From the NCBI GenBank assembly GCA_016432485.1, contig CP066691.1, positions 452,709 to 516,708 of the forward strand: a DNA stretch of 64,000 nt. Direction: 5' to 3'. The stretch comes from Candidatus Niyogibacteria bacterium (GTDB lineage Bacteria > Patescibacteriota > Minisyncoccia > HO2-45-28). The position numbers and the translations under genes were made by a program. Position 1 is the stretch's first letter. Each line of letters begins with the position of its first letter. The notes under the pieces are model-generated. The model saw nothing but the letters and a program-made list of their open reading frames with translations. It did no database searches and was not told the origin of the DNA. Below are positions 1-8,819 of this stretch, piece after piece.

Positions 1-30
1 GCATTTAATAAAAATAGCATAAAATTTGGC

Positions 31-57
31 AAAAGAAAAGGCCCCTTAAGTGGGGCC
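31..57 (-). terminator. Rho-independent terminator-like hairpin (ggcccc/ggggcc stem) with T-run on minus strand, downstream of ORF 83..574
   Basis: perfect 6-bp GC stem at 40-57 preceded by aaaagaaaa (T-run on minus strand). Confidence 0.4.
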
Positions 58-82
58 CCCAATGACTCAGGAAACGAATATT

Positions 83-574
83 TCAGATTTCAGGAGGAAC
101 GGGAAGATGTATGCCATTTACCCTACCAATATAGACTAGCGAGGTGTCATATTTATGAAAAACCTCGGGACGTATCCGAAATATTTCTTTTCTATTATAA
201 AGCAATTTTTCGTGTGCTTTCCGGGAAATGATTTCAATGCGTTTTTCCTCGTCCTTAATCATTGCCGCGAGTTTCAGATAAAAAAATACTTCGGCAAACC
301 ACATAAAACACATTGTCTGTCCGCTTGGAACGATCTGGAACTTCTGATCGTCGTCAGTTTCTTCGGGATTATATATGGCTGAGACAAAAACTTTTCCTTC
401 CCACGCAAATGTAATGGCGTATCTATTCTTATCATCATCAAACACTATCTGAGCAGTAATGTTAATTTCCGCTGTTAAGTTATTCACCAACTGGTTAACA
501 CATTGAATTATGCGGTCATCTATCGGATGTTTCTCGTGATTTCCGGAATACCTTACTACGGCTCTTTTTTCCAT
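83..574 (-). CDS. hypothetical protein (163 aa)
   Basis: long ORF with terminator hairpin downstream; no motif recognised. Confidence 0.4.
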   Translation of the reverse strand: MEKRAVVRYSGNHEKHPIDDRIIQCVNQLVNNLTAEINITAQIVFDDDKNRYAITFAWEGKVFVSAIYNPEETDDDQKFQIVPSGQTMCFMWFAEVFFYLKLAAMIKDEEKRIEIISRKAHEKLLYNRKEIFRIRPEVFHKYDTSLVYIGRVNGIHLPVPPEI

Positions 575-728
575 TACAGCCCTCCTGCCGCTCGGTTTTT
601 AGCCTACGGCTCGAAGTATGAAAGAACTTCGTCCCGCCGTAACGGGACAAGGCGGACCATTCCGCCGAAAGTATATTAGCACGCAATGCTAAGGTCTGCA
701 ACAACATGCGAACGAAGCACATACGACG

Positions 729-749
729 TACGGACGTTCAACGTCCGTA
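729..749. repeat. REP-like palindrome tacggacgt-tca-acgtccgta, copy 1, immediately 3' of RAYT gene
   Basis: 9-bp perfect stem; same sequence recurs at 1242-1260, 1433-1452, 42416-42434. Confidence 0.7.
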
Positions 750-1433
750 TTAGGGTTCTAAATAATCCTTTTGTTCGCCCAATAATTCTTGGTCTCTTTC
801 GCTCCATTTCAGCATTGAATCAATTAGCTCTTCTGGATTTAAAAATTCTTCTAAAGCATGCCTAGAAATTATTAGATCGTCCTTTTTTCCGACAATACCC
901 AACAAACTGGACCACGGATATCTAAGTAATGCCGCTTTTGCACTTAAAACGCGTTTTATTCTTCCCCCTCGCCATTGGGGATGGGTATAATCTAACGCAT
1001 TAAGATGAATATAATTTACAAGGTGCTGAAAATAACGATCGGAATCAACGCGTATTACTTTAGCTCTTCCTTGAAACAAAACGCCCTTTCTTTTATTACG
1101 AAGATTAAAATACTTAACGTACCCGCCGAATATTTTTCTGACAAACTCGGTTGCGCCTTCGGGAGTTCTGCAACGAAAAAGAATGTGCGCGTGGTTATTC
1201 ATTAGAATATAAGCCAAAACCTCAACCAATTTTTCCTTTTCCGGACGTTGAACGTCCGTATTGTTATTAAAATTTCTAAGCTCCGCCGGCTCCCAAGAGT
1301 TAAAGATGCGCATCCCCAGCAAAAATCTTTGAAAATAAGAGTTGCCAGGAAATATAATTCTCCCGTCAACCCCCTTTTGACAAACATGATAAATCTCTTC
1401 TTCCACAAAAATCATATATTTTATATAGTACAC
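750..1433 (-). CDS. IS200/IS605-family TnpA-like HUH tyrosine transposase (REP-associated tyrosine transposase, RAYT-like); real start probably ATG at ~1415
   Basis: HuH motif 'LMNNHAHILF', 'YHV..G' N-term, C-terminal 'RYFQHLVNYIHLNAL' (catalytic Tyr helix) typical of Y1 transposases; flanked by REP hairpins; ORF as given starts at GTG. Confidence 0.6.
   Translation of the reverse strand: MYYIKYMIFVEEEIYHVCQKGVDGRIIFPGNSYFQRFLLGMRIFNSWEPAELRNFNNNTDVQRPEKEKLVEVLAYILMNNHAHILFRCRTPEGATEFVRKIFGGYVKYFNLRNKRKGVLFQGRAKVIRVDSDRYFQHLVNYIHLNALDYTHPQWRGGRIKRVLSAKAALLRYPWSSLLGIVGKKDDLIISRHALEEFLNPEELIDSMLKWSERDQELLGEQKDYLEP
1242..1260. repeat. REP-like palindrome (opposite orientation, ttgaa loop) lying in-frame inside the RAYT ORF (encodes TDVQRP)
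   Basis: cggacgttgaacgtccg; translation of ORF across it gives NTDVQRPEK. Confidence 0.6.
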
Positions 1434-1452
1434 GGACGTTCAACGTCCGTAA
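1433..1452. repeat. REP-like palindrome copy at 5' end of RAYT gene
   Basis: acggacgttcaacgtccgta. Confidence 0.7.
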
Positions 1453-1535
1453 ACATCTGTAAAATCAAAGGGGGGGGCGACAAAATTTGCGACCAATCAT
1501 AAAACCCGCCCAAAGGGCGGGTTTAAAAAACTATT

Positions 1536-4217
1536 TCAAATTATTCCAAAAAAGAACTTCTTGATATTCGCGGCGTCTCTTGAAAGCCACCGAGCATTCA
1601 TCCGTATGTGCTCAAGCGACTGTTCAATGGTGCGTTTGGCCGACGGCACGGGATGAGAAGCAAAAAATTCTTCTATTTCACGGGCCTTGCCTTCGGAAAC
1701 AAAGTCGTTGATAAGGCCGCCGATTATGCTTTGAAACATAAAAATTCCGCCGTCCGAATAGCGCCTACTTAACTCCGCAAAATTATTCTTCAGAAATTCC
1801 CACGCCCGATCGCGAGCGTACGCGTTTGCGCCGACGCTTCCGCTGATGAAAAAGACGTCTTGAGGCCTCACTTCATCCGAGAGCATAAATTCAAGGACTG
1901 ATTCAATCAGAGCTTGGGACCTGAATTTTCCAAGCGCTCTTAAAATTCTGGTCTTTTCTTCCGAAAGGCCTGTCGCGCGGTAAAGGTCAAGCAGGGCATG
2001 GTATTCCGCGTCGCTTCCATGGTCGGCCACAATCGCGTATACCGCTTCCTTCAAGTCGGGACTGATAAAACCGGATTTGAATTGCCTATACGCCTCAAAA
2101 ACAGTCGCGGGGTCTTTAGCTAAATTTGCAAAACCCCTTAAAATACGGGAGCGCAGAAGTTTATCGGTGTGGGTTTCGTTATCTTTCTGTTTCCATCCGA
2201 CATGCTCACTGATATCTTTCATCAATAGCCGCGAAAAATCGACCAACCCTCCTGAAAAATCAGTACTACAGAGCAAATTATCAAGCGAAGCCAAAATGCT
2301 TAAAATTTCCTGCCAGACGGCGTAATTTCTTTCTCCCCTGTAATACGGAAGCAACGAAAGAAGTTCCTCGGCTGAGACGCGTCCGGAGCGCGCGTTATAA
2401 AAAAGGTCGCTCAAAACTCCGAAACGATCTATTGGCGGAAGGTCGCCATTTGATAAAGGGACGCGCAATTTATGCAGAAACTCGGGCTCGTAATGAACGC
2501 GGCAAAAAGCCATTTGACCGGTGTTGATTTTCAACCATGTGTTGCCGGCGCTGAAAAGCGACTGATAGTCGGCTTCACTGCTCGGCATAGTTACGCGCAG
2601 TTCTCCCAAACCGCCGAGCTCAATGCCGAGCGGAATGGTCCAACGTTTTCCCCTCTCTTCGGAATCCAGAGTTTCGCCGCTTGAAAGAAACCTTTCTTGC
2701 CCCAAAGACACAAAGCCGCCGTCAATCCTCCTGACAGAAACCGAGGGATAACCCGCTTGTTTTGTCCAGCCGTCCATAAAAGATTTCACCGATTTGCCTG
2801 AAACTTCTTCAAAAACTTCGTAAAGTTCATCGGTTGAAGCATTTTTATAAGCAAAACGAATCAAGTAGGCCTTAAGACACTTTCTGAAAACCTCTTCGCC
2901 AAGATATTCAACCAGCATTCTTATGACGCAAGCGCCTTTTGAATAACTTATGGCGTCAAATATCTCATTTATTTCAGCGGGGTCGTTAACTTCAACTTCA
3001 ATCGGGTGAGTGCTTTTCAGGCCGTCTTTGGAAAGAGCGTTCGCGTATTCCCCGGCGACGAATTGCGTCTGAATGTCCCATTCTGGAAACAAATAATCGG
3101 TGCATTTCGGCTCAAGAAAGCTCGCGAACCCCTCGTTAAGCCACAAATCGTTCCACCATTTCATTGTCACAAGGTCTCCAAACCACATGTGCGTGTTTTC
3201 GTGAATGACGACTTCGGCTACGCGCTGTTTGGCTGAAGCAGCGGAATTTTCCGGGTCGTAAAGAAGCGTAGTTTCTCTGTAAGTCACAAGCCCCCAGTTC
3301 TCCATGGCTCCCGAGGCAAAATCGGGAACAGCAACCAAATCAAGTTTTGGCAAGGGATACGGCACGCCAAGATATTCTTCAAAAAATTCAATGCTCTTTT
3401 TGCAAGTATCAAGCGCGAACCGGCCCTGCTCAACTTTTCCGGGCGTCGTCCAGACCCTGATGGGTTTCCCGGGAATAACTATTTTTGATTTTTGACCATT
3501 ACCGCAACATTCGCCCTCGCAACTTTCGGCCTCTAGTTCAAGATCTTTGGTCCTGGTTTCGATTGATTCAAATTCTCCAACCGCAAAAGCCAGAGCGTAA
3601 GTTGACATCGGCGGAGTTTTTTCAAACTGGATAACTTTAAAGGGCCAAAAATCGGGGCATCTCTGAACCGGCATATTGGACAAAACCTGCAGATGGCGCG
3701 GCACAATAAAAGCAATTCTGAAAGTCGCTTTTATCGCCGGCTCGTCCCAGCACGGGAAAGCCCTGCGGGCATCGGTTGCTTCAAATTGAGTACAAGCCAT
3801 CCATCTTTTTTCACCGTTCACTTCATAACTTGAACGATAAAAACCGCGCATTTTGTCGTTCAAAACTCCGCTAAAATTGATGGTGAGCGCGTATCTGCCT
3901 TTTTGGAAAACCCTATCAAATTTTAAAGTAACGGTCTCTGCCTCCTTATTAAATTCCGTACCCTGCAATCTGGGGATGAATCTGTCGCGAGCAATGACTT
4001 TCACGTTATATATTGAAAGGTCTACGGCGTGCAGGACGATTTCCGAGGTTTCTTCCAAAACTTCAATCTCTATCAACTCACTGCCATCAAAAGTGAATTT
4101 TTTAAGATTGGGAGTAAATGTCAAGTAATACTCATCGGGTCTTACATTTTTAGGAAGACGAACGCCGGGTCTTACAGCTGACGCTTCCGGACACACGATC
4201 CTGCCTCCTTTTTTCAA
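1536..4217 (-). CDS. pepN: aminopeptidase N, M1 family zinc metallopeptidase
   Basis: GAMEN motif 'SGAMENWGLV' and 'HENTHMWFGDLVT...WLNEGFASF' (HEXXH-X18-E). Confidence 0.85.
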   Translation of the reverse strand: MKKGGRIVCPEASAVRPGVRLPKNVRPDEYYLTFTPNLKKFTFDGSELIEIEVLEETSEIVLHAVDLSIYNVKVIARDRFIPRLQGTEFNKEAETVTLKFDRVFQKGRYALTINFSGVLNDKMRGFYRSSYEVNGEKRWMACTQFEATDARRAFPCWDEPAIKATFRIAFIVPRHLQVLSNMPVQRCPDFWPFKVIQFEKTPPMSTYALAFAVGEFESIETRTKDLELEAESCEGECCGNGQKSKIVIPGKPIRVWTTPGKVEQGRFALDTCKKSIEFFEEYLGVPYPLPKLDLVAVPDFASGAMENWGLVTYRETTLLYDPENSAASAKQRVAEVVIHENTHMWFGDLVTMKWWNDLWLNEGFASFLEPKCTDYLFPEWDIQTQFVAGEYANALSKDGLKSTHPIEVEVNDPAEINEIFDAISYSKGACVIRMLVEYLGEEVFRKCLKAYLIRFAYKNASTDELYEVFEEVSGKSVKSFMDGWTKQAGYPSVSVRRIDGGFVSLGQERFLSSGETLDSEERGKRWTIPLGIELGGLGELRVTMPSSEADYQSLFSAGNTWLKINTGQMAFCRVHYEPEFLHKLRVPLSNGDLPPIDRFGVLSDLFYNARSGRVSAEELLSLLPYYRGERNYAVWQEILSILASLDNLLCSTDFSGGLVDFSRLLMKDISEHVGWKQKDNETHTDKLLRSRILRGFANLAKDPATVFEAYRQFKSGFISPDLKEAVYAIVADHGSDAEYHALLDLYRATGLSEEKTRILRALGKFRSQALIESVLEFMLSDEVRPQDVFFISGSVGANAYARDRAWEFLKNNFAELSRRYSDGGIFMFQSIIGGLINDFVSEGKAREIEEFFASHPVPSAKRTIEQSLEHIRMNARWLSRDAANIKKFFFGII

Positions 4218-4267
4218 GGACCGAAAACTAATTTAGAGTTTAATGCCGCTATGTTATATTTACAAGT

Positions 4268-4837
4268 ATGAAAATAATAGTCGGGCTCGGAAATCCGGGG
4301 AGCGATTATTCCGAAACGCGCCACAACGCCGGACGGCTCGCTTTGGAATACTTTGCCAAGAAAAATGATTTTCCGGATTGGAAGGAATCAAACAAATATT
4401 TTTCTCTTATTTCGGAAGGGGAAATCGGCAAAAAGCCGGTTTTATTGTTATTGCCAGAGACCTTTATGAATAACTCGGGCAAGGCGATCGCGCATCTAAA
4501 AGCTAAAAGCTATAAGCTAAAAGCTGAATTGATCGTCCTTCACGACGATATTGATTTGCCGTTGGGAAAAATCAAAATTTCATTCGGTCGGGGTTCGGGC
4601 GGGCATAAAGGAGTTGAATCAGTAATCCGCGCGTTAAAAACAAAAGATTTTTGGCGGATTCGTATTGGCGTCTCGCCGAAAAACAAGCTGCCGCATAAAA
4701 AAATTCCGGACTTTCTGACCTCGCCTATGCGCAAACCGGATTTTGAAACACTCAAAAAGTCATTCAAAAAAATTTCCGAAGCGTTGGAAACCATGCTTTC
4801 GAAATCCCCAGAAAAAGCGATGAATTTATTTAATTAA
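4268..4837 (+). CDS. pth: peptidyl-tRNA hydrolase
   Basis: N-term 'MKIIVGLGNPGSDYSETRHNAG', Pth fold length; contains short in-frame tandem repeat aaagct(a)taagct. Confidence 0.85.
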   Translation: MKIIVGLGNPGSDYSETRHNAGRLALEYFAKKNDFPDWKESNKYFSLISEGEIGKKPVLLLLPETFMNNSGKAIAHLKAKSYKLKAELIVLHDDIDLPLGKIKISFGRGSGGHKGVESVIRALKTKDFWRIRIGVSPKNKLPHKKIPDFLTSPMRKPDFETLKKSFKKISEALETMLSKSPEKAMNLFN

Positions 4838-4875
4838 AAAGAAAAGGCGCAGCTCTTTGGCCGCGCTTTTTTATT

Positions 4876-5118
4876 TTACTCTCTGTTTCTCCAGCAGTCG
4901 CCCAATAAGCCGACCACCAGCATCAAAATCCCCAAGAAACCAAAAATTCCTGCTAAACTGCTGACTACTACCAAAGGAATATTAGGCGGGAAATCAAACT
5001 TAATAATAAATATCGTCAGGCCAAGAAGCGCGCAACCGATAAAAACGGCTATTTTATCCGGTTGATTCACGATAGTTATCCCCCTCCCATGATGGTTTTC
5101 CCCCTCTTGATTTAACAC
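4876..5118 (-). CDS. small 2-TM membrane protein; likely starts at internal GTG preceded by GGGAGGGGG SD
   Basis: hydrophobic helices; strong SD; sigma70-like promoter in conserved 34-bp element upstream. Confidence 0.35.
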   Translation of the reverse strand: MLNQEGENHHGRGITIVNQPDKIAVFIGCALLGLTIFIIKFDFPPNIPLVVVSSLAGIFGFLGILMLVVGLLGDCWRNRE

Positions 5119-5149
5119 TGCTCTGGCTTGAATTATGCCGATTTTAATC

Positions 5150-5183
5150 TAAAATGCAATAGTTGGCAGAAAAACCAACCAAA
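5150..5183 (-). promoter_or_regulatory. 34-bp conserved element (copy 1) containing TTGCAT -35 of a sigma70-like promoter for small membrane protein gene
   Basis: identical 34-mer at 6201-6234; on minus strand reads TTGCAT-N16/17-CATAAT. Confidence 0.4.
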
Positions 5184-5197
5184 TACCAAAACCTATT

Positions 5198-5236
5198 TTG
5201 CCCACATCGCTACGATCGTAGTGATGTAGGCAAAAC
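5198..5236. repeat. imperfect 18-bp-arm inverted repeat centred on acgatcgt, downstream of the wHTH gene
   Basis: tgcccacatcgctacgat/atcgtagtgatgtaggca; related sequence at 5838-5870 on the other side of the gene. Confidence 0.4.
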
Positions 5237-5253
5237 AAAAAGTGTATTAAAAA

Positions 5254-5811
5254 TTAGGATAAGTCAAAATGCAATTTAAGGTCGGCGTCCATTGACATTT
5301 TTTCTACGGTCAAAACTCTAACATGCTGCTGAACCTCAAAAAATTCGGCCAAAAAATTTATCTCATTCGAGCACTCGTACGGAAAAACCCACGTACTTTT
5401 TTGCAACTCATAAAATCCTAATTTTTTGAGTTTTTTTCGCAAAGCATCGCGCGCCGTTCTTTTTTTCTCCGGTATGTCAAAAACAACAATGCGCCATTTT
5501 TTGTCCCAACGCACCGGTTTGGCCATCTCGATCTGGTCCGGATTATAGCGCATGGCGAACCTCTTTCCCCTCTCATTAATAACAATTGACACGGTGCCGT
5601 CATCCTCGTCTTTAAAATTAACCAAGCGGTCATACTTAAATTCTCTTAACACCCTTCTTAAGGTGCGGCGGTCAACATCGCGCCATTCTTTAGACAAGTT
5701 CTTTATGATATGCCAGTTGGTTCGTGGCGAGCGCGAAAGCCCCATGGATATTCCGGCCACCAACAACAAAAGTATTTTTTGTTTAGTCGGACTATAATAA
5801 TATTTAGCCAT
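5254..5811 (-). CDS. putative regulator: N-terminal winged-helix-like domain plus C-terminal Cas2/VapD-like (PaaX-C-like) fold
   Basis: C-term 'RIVVFDIPEKKRTARDALRKKLKKLGFYELQKSTWVF' matches the Cas2 beta-alpha pattern; no cas1 or CRISPR array nearby. Confidence 0.4.
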   Translation of the reverse strand: MAKYYYSPTKQKILLLLVAGISMGLSRSPRTNWHIIKNLSKEWRDVDRRTLRRVLREFKYDRLVNFKDEDDGTVSIVINERGKRFAMRYNPDQIEMAKPVRWDKKWRIVVFDIPEKKRTARDALRKKLKKLGFYELQKSTWVFPYECSNEINFLAEFFEVQQHVRVLTVEKMSMDADLKLHFDLS

Positions 5812-5945
5812 AATATTTAGTCACATCACAATTGTACCACATTGATACGATCGGAGCAGTGTGGGCAAAATAAGTTAAGAATAAGTTAGGTAAGTTACAA
5901 GTAAGTTATAAGAAAAACGGCTTGCGAGGAGCCGTTTTTGCTTTA

Positions 5946-6149
5946 TTATGCCGCACTATCTTTTTTCTTTTTATCCTCGTCATCATTTCCTTGATCATTG
6001 TTTTTTTGTTGATCAAGAAAAGACCCAAAAATAAGCGCGCAGATGCCTGTTCCGACCACAACCCAAAGAACGGTTGACAAAGACAAATTAAACATCACGG
6101 ACAATACCACAAACGTTACTAACCAAGAACCCAATCCTGTCACCACCAC
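5946..6149 (-). CDS. small 2-TM membrane protein (paralogous arrangement to 4876..5118), GTG start with AAGGAGA SD
   Basis: hydrophobic N-terminus, acidic K/D-rich tail; same 34-bp promoter element upstream. Confidence 0.35.
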   Translation of the reverse strand: MVVTGLGSWLVTFVVLSVMFNLSLSTVLWVVVGTGICALIFGSFLDQQKNNDQGNDDEDKKKKDSAA

Positions 6150-6200
6150 TCAACTCTCCTTTTATTCAAAAACTCTCCTTGCATCATACATTCTTTCATA

Positions 6201-6234
6201 TAAAATGCAATAGTTGGCAGAAAAACCAACCAAA
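6201..6234 (-). promoter_or_regulatory. 34-bp conserved element (copy 2), overlaps annotated TTG start of mfd
   Basis: identical to 5150-5183. Confidence 0.4.
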
Positions 6235-8160
6235 CAACTTAATACACTTTTGATCGCAGGGCTTGCCCCATATTTTTTGGAAAAGCCCGTTTTGTGGTGG
6301 GAAGAAAATGAGGAGGAAATAATAAAAAAGCGCGGTCTAAGTCCGACTTGGACCAGAAACACGGTTTTGGTGGAAACGGGACAAAAAATAAAGCAGAGCG
6401 AATTTTTACGCCGAATTTCGGAGTTGGGATATGAAAGGGTTTTTGAAACGATACTCCCCGGGACTTACAAAACGCTTGGCTCAACGATTGTTATCTTTCC
6501 AATCAATAAAAAAATCCCTTGGGGCGTGGAATTCTCGGGCAATATCGTAGAGGCGATTGAAAAACACGAAACAATCGCGAAAGGCGGTCTGACACTAAAG
6601 CCGCAAAAAAATAAAGAATTGAGTATTGCTTCTGGCGATTATGTCGTCCATATAGACCACGGAATCGGAATTTTCCAGGGCCTGGAAGAAAAAAACGGCG
6701 AAAATTATTTTAAAATTGAGTACGCTTCTCCCGCGCACGGAGCCGACCCCGACGCGCTTTTCGTCCCGATTTCGGAAAAAAAACGCCTTGAGCCGTATTA
6801 CGGCCTTGAGCGTCCGCGGTTAAACAGGTTGGGCAGCCAATTCTGGACCAGAACCAAAAAGAAGTCGCGCGAAGAAATAATCGCCTTCGCCCAAGAACTC
6901 ATAAAAATTTATAAAAATCGCGTCATTCAAAAACGTCCGCCCTACCTGCCTGACTCGTTTGAAAAAATTGTCTGGGATTCATTCAGGCACGAACTTACTC
7001 CGAGCCAGGAAAACGCCCTTGAAGAAATTTTAAGCAATATGGCTAGTCCCGAACCTATGGATAGAATCTTAACGGGAGATGTCGGCTTTGGGAAAACCGA
7101 ACTGGCGCTGCGCGCCGCGCTTCGCGCGGCACTAAACAGCAGACAAACGGCGATCCTCGCGCCAACCACCGTGCTTGCCGACCAGCATCTTTCGGTCTTC
7201 AAAGAACGTCTTAAAAATCTGCCGATAAAAATCGGGGGCTTAACCCGCTTATCACCCGAAAAAGAAAATAAAAAAACGCTGGAAAATCTGGCCGAAGGCG
7301 AAACGGATATCGTTATCGGCACGCATCGCTTGTTTTCAAAAGACGTTAAATTCAAAAATCTGGGATTGGTGATAATAGACGAAGAACAACGCTTTGGGGT
7401 AAGACACAAAGAACATTTCAAAAAACTTCATCCGGCAACCGATATCCTTTCGCTTTCAGCAACTCCCATCCCGCGCACACTCACTTTCTTTTTGGCCGGA
7501 GTACGGCCGGCAAGCCAAATCAAAGAGGCGCCACGCGGTCGCAAAGCGCCTCTCACCAAAGTTTTACCTTTTTCCAAAAAATTTGTAAAGGAAGCTCTGA
7601 AAGCCGAGTTAAAACGCGGGGGACAGGTTTATTATGTCGCCAACCGCATCAAAAACATTCCCAAAATTGTTGAAATGCTGGAAAAACTTATTCCGAAATC
7701 CAAAATCGGCTCAATTCACGCGAGATTGTCCGAAAAAAATATAATTGAAACGATGCGCGATTTTCGCGAGAAAAAAATAGAGATTCTTGTTTCAACCACC
7801 ATTATTGAAAATGGCCTGGATATTTCTTCGGTAAACACTTTAATTGTTGAAAACGCGGCGCTTCTCGGACTTTCGCAAGCGCATCAGTTAAGAGGCAGAA
7901 TCGGGCGAGGCGATACGCAAGCAATCGCTTATTTCTTGTATAATCCAAAAAACCTCATGCCTAAGGCCGAAAAGCGCCTGAACAATCTTCTTAACTTTCA
8001 GGAGCTTGGCTCCGGGCTTGAACTCGCAAAACGCGATTTGGAAATCAGGGGCGCGGGCAACATTTTGGGCCGCGAACAATCGGGTATAGCCAACCGCATC
8101 GGCTGGAATTTATATTTTCAGTTTATGAACGAAGCGACTGAAAATCTTTCTCTATTTTAG
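6214..8160 (+). CDS. mfd: transcription-repair coupling factor Mfd, short form lacking N-terminal UvrB-homology domains (start codon uncertain)
   Basis: CarD/TRCF RNAP-interacting domain 'GDYVVHIDHGIGIFQGL', helicase motifs 'GDVGFGKTE', 'DEEQRFGV', 'LSATPIPRTL'. Confidence 0.7.
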   Translation: MAEKPTKQLNTLLIAGLAPYFLEKPVLWWEENEEEIIKKRGLSPTWTRNTVLVETGQKIKQSEFLRRISELGYERVFETILPGTYKTLGSTIVIFPINKKIPWGVEFSGNIVEAIEKHETIAKGGLTLKPQKNKELSIASGDYVVHIDHGIGIFQGLEEKNGENYFKIEYASPAHGADPDALFVPISEKKRLEPYYGLERPRLNRLGSQFWTRTKKKSREEIIAFAQELIKIYKNRVIQKRPPYLPDSFEKIVWDSFRHELTPSQENALEEILSNMASPEPMDRILTGDVGFGKTELALRAALRAALNSRQTAILAPTTVLADQHLSVFKERLKNLPIKIGGLTRLSPEKENKKTLENLAEGETDIVIGTHRLFSKDVKFKNLGLVIIDEEQRFGVRHKEHFKKLHPATDILSLSATPIPRTLTFFLAGVRPASQIKEAPRGRKAPLTKVLPFSKKFVKEALKAELKRGGQVYYVANRIKNIPKIVEMLEKLIPKSKIGSIHARLSEKNIIETMRDFREKKIEILVSTTIIENGLDISSVNTLIVENAALLGLSQAHQLRGRIGRGDTQAIAYFLYNPKNLMPKAEKRLNNLLNFQELGSGLELAKRDLEIRGAGNILGREQSGIANRIGWNLYFQFMNEATENLSLF

Positions 8161-8188
8161 AAGCCGAAAAAAAATATATAATAAAAAT

Positions 8189-8791
8189 ATGCTGATGAAA
8201 TTATTCGGCTCATTTACACTATTAATCTTTTTTATAATTTTTGGGCCGGTTAACGCGCAAGCGGCGGGATTTGGTATATCGAAATACGGAGAAGCCGGCT
8301 ATGGCTACGGCACAACTACCGGAGAGACTTCTACCGTCCGGATGACCAGTACATCAGGAACGGCCGGCGCCACGACTTCGGTTATGGCCACCACTTCTGA
8401 AATGACCCTTGCCACAACTTCTGAAATGGCCACTGCCACAACTTCTGAAATAACCCTTGCCACAACTTCTGAAATGGCCACTGCCACAACTTCGGTTATG
8501 GCCACCACTTCTGAAATAAGCTCGCCCTCAATTAAACCCGCGGCCGCCCCAGCGCGCATAAAAGATAAAAAAATTTCACCTAAAAACAAAACAACTTCGG
8601 CGCCGGAGCCGACAATAGCTTTAATTTCTACGGAAGAAGAATATAGCACCTCAACAAAAGCCGTTCTGAAATCTCAAATGCCTATTAAAACATTGGTAGT
8701 CGGCATAATCACCAATAGTCTGAAAATAGCGCGGCGCGTGATAAAATATAAACTGTGGCAAGCCGGTCAATTTTTATTTTCAATATTTTAA
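8189..8791 (+). CDS. secreted Thr/Ser-rich tandem-repeat protein (mucin-like)
   Basis: signal peptide; protein repeats ATTSEMTLATTSEMATATTSEITLATTSEMATATTSVMATTSEI mirrored by 18/36-bp DNA tandem repeats at ~8385-8525. Confidence 0.5.
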   Translation: MLMKLFGSFTLLIFFIIFGPVNAQAAGFGISKYGEAGYGYGTTTGETSTVRMTSTSGTAGATTSVMATTSEMTLATTSEMATATTSEITLATTSEMATATTSVMATTSEISSPSIKPAAAPARIKDKKISPKNKTTSAPEPTIALISTEEEYSTSTKAVLKSQMPIKTLVVGIITNSLKIARRVIKYKLWQAGQFLFSIF

Positions 8792-8819
8792 TTATTCGCT
8801 TAGTTGATTAAAATAAAAT

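Noticed and set aside
4498-4527. aaagct(a)taagct tandem repeat inside pth
   Set aside because: It is a 30-bp in-frame microrepeat encoding KAKSYKLKAE, with no further copies or structure
5150-6234. 34-bp direct repeats as target-site duplication of a ~1-kb mobile cassette
   Set aside because: Each copy sits at a fixed distance upstream of a small membrane-protein gene and supplies a TTGCAT -35 box. It is more parsimonious as a duplicated promoter/regulatory element, although a mobile cassette is not fully excluded
8385-8525. Tandem DNA repeats that could be mistaken for a CRISPR array
   Set aside because: The repeats are contiguous with no unique spacers, lie inside an ORF and translate to TS-rich peptide repeats
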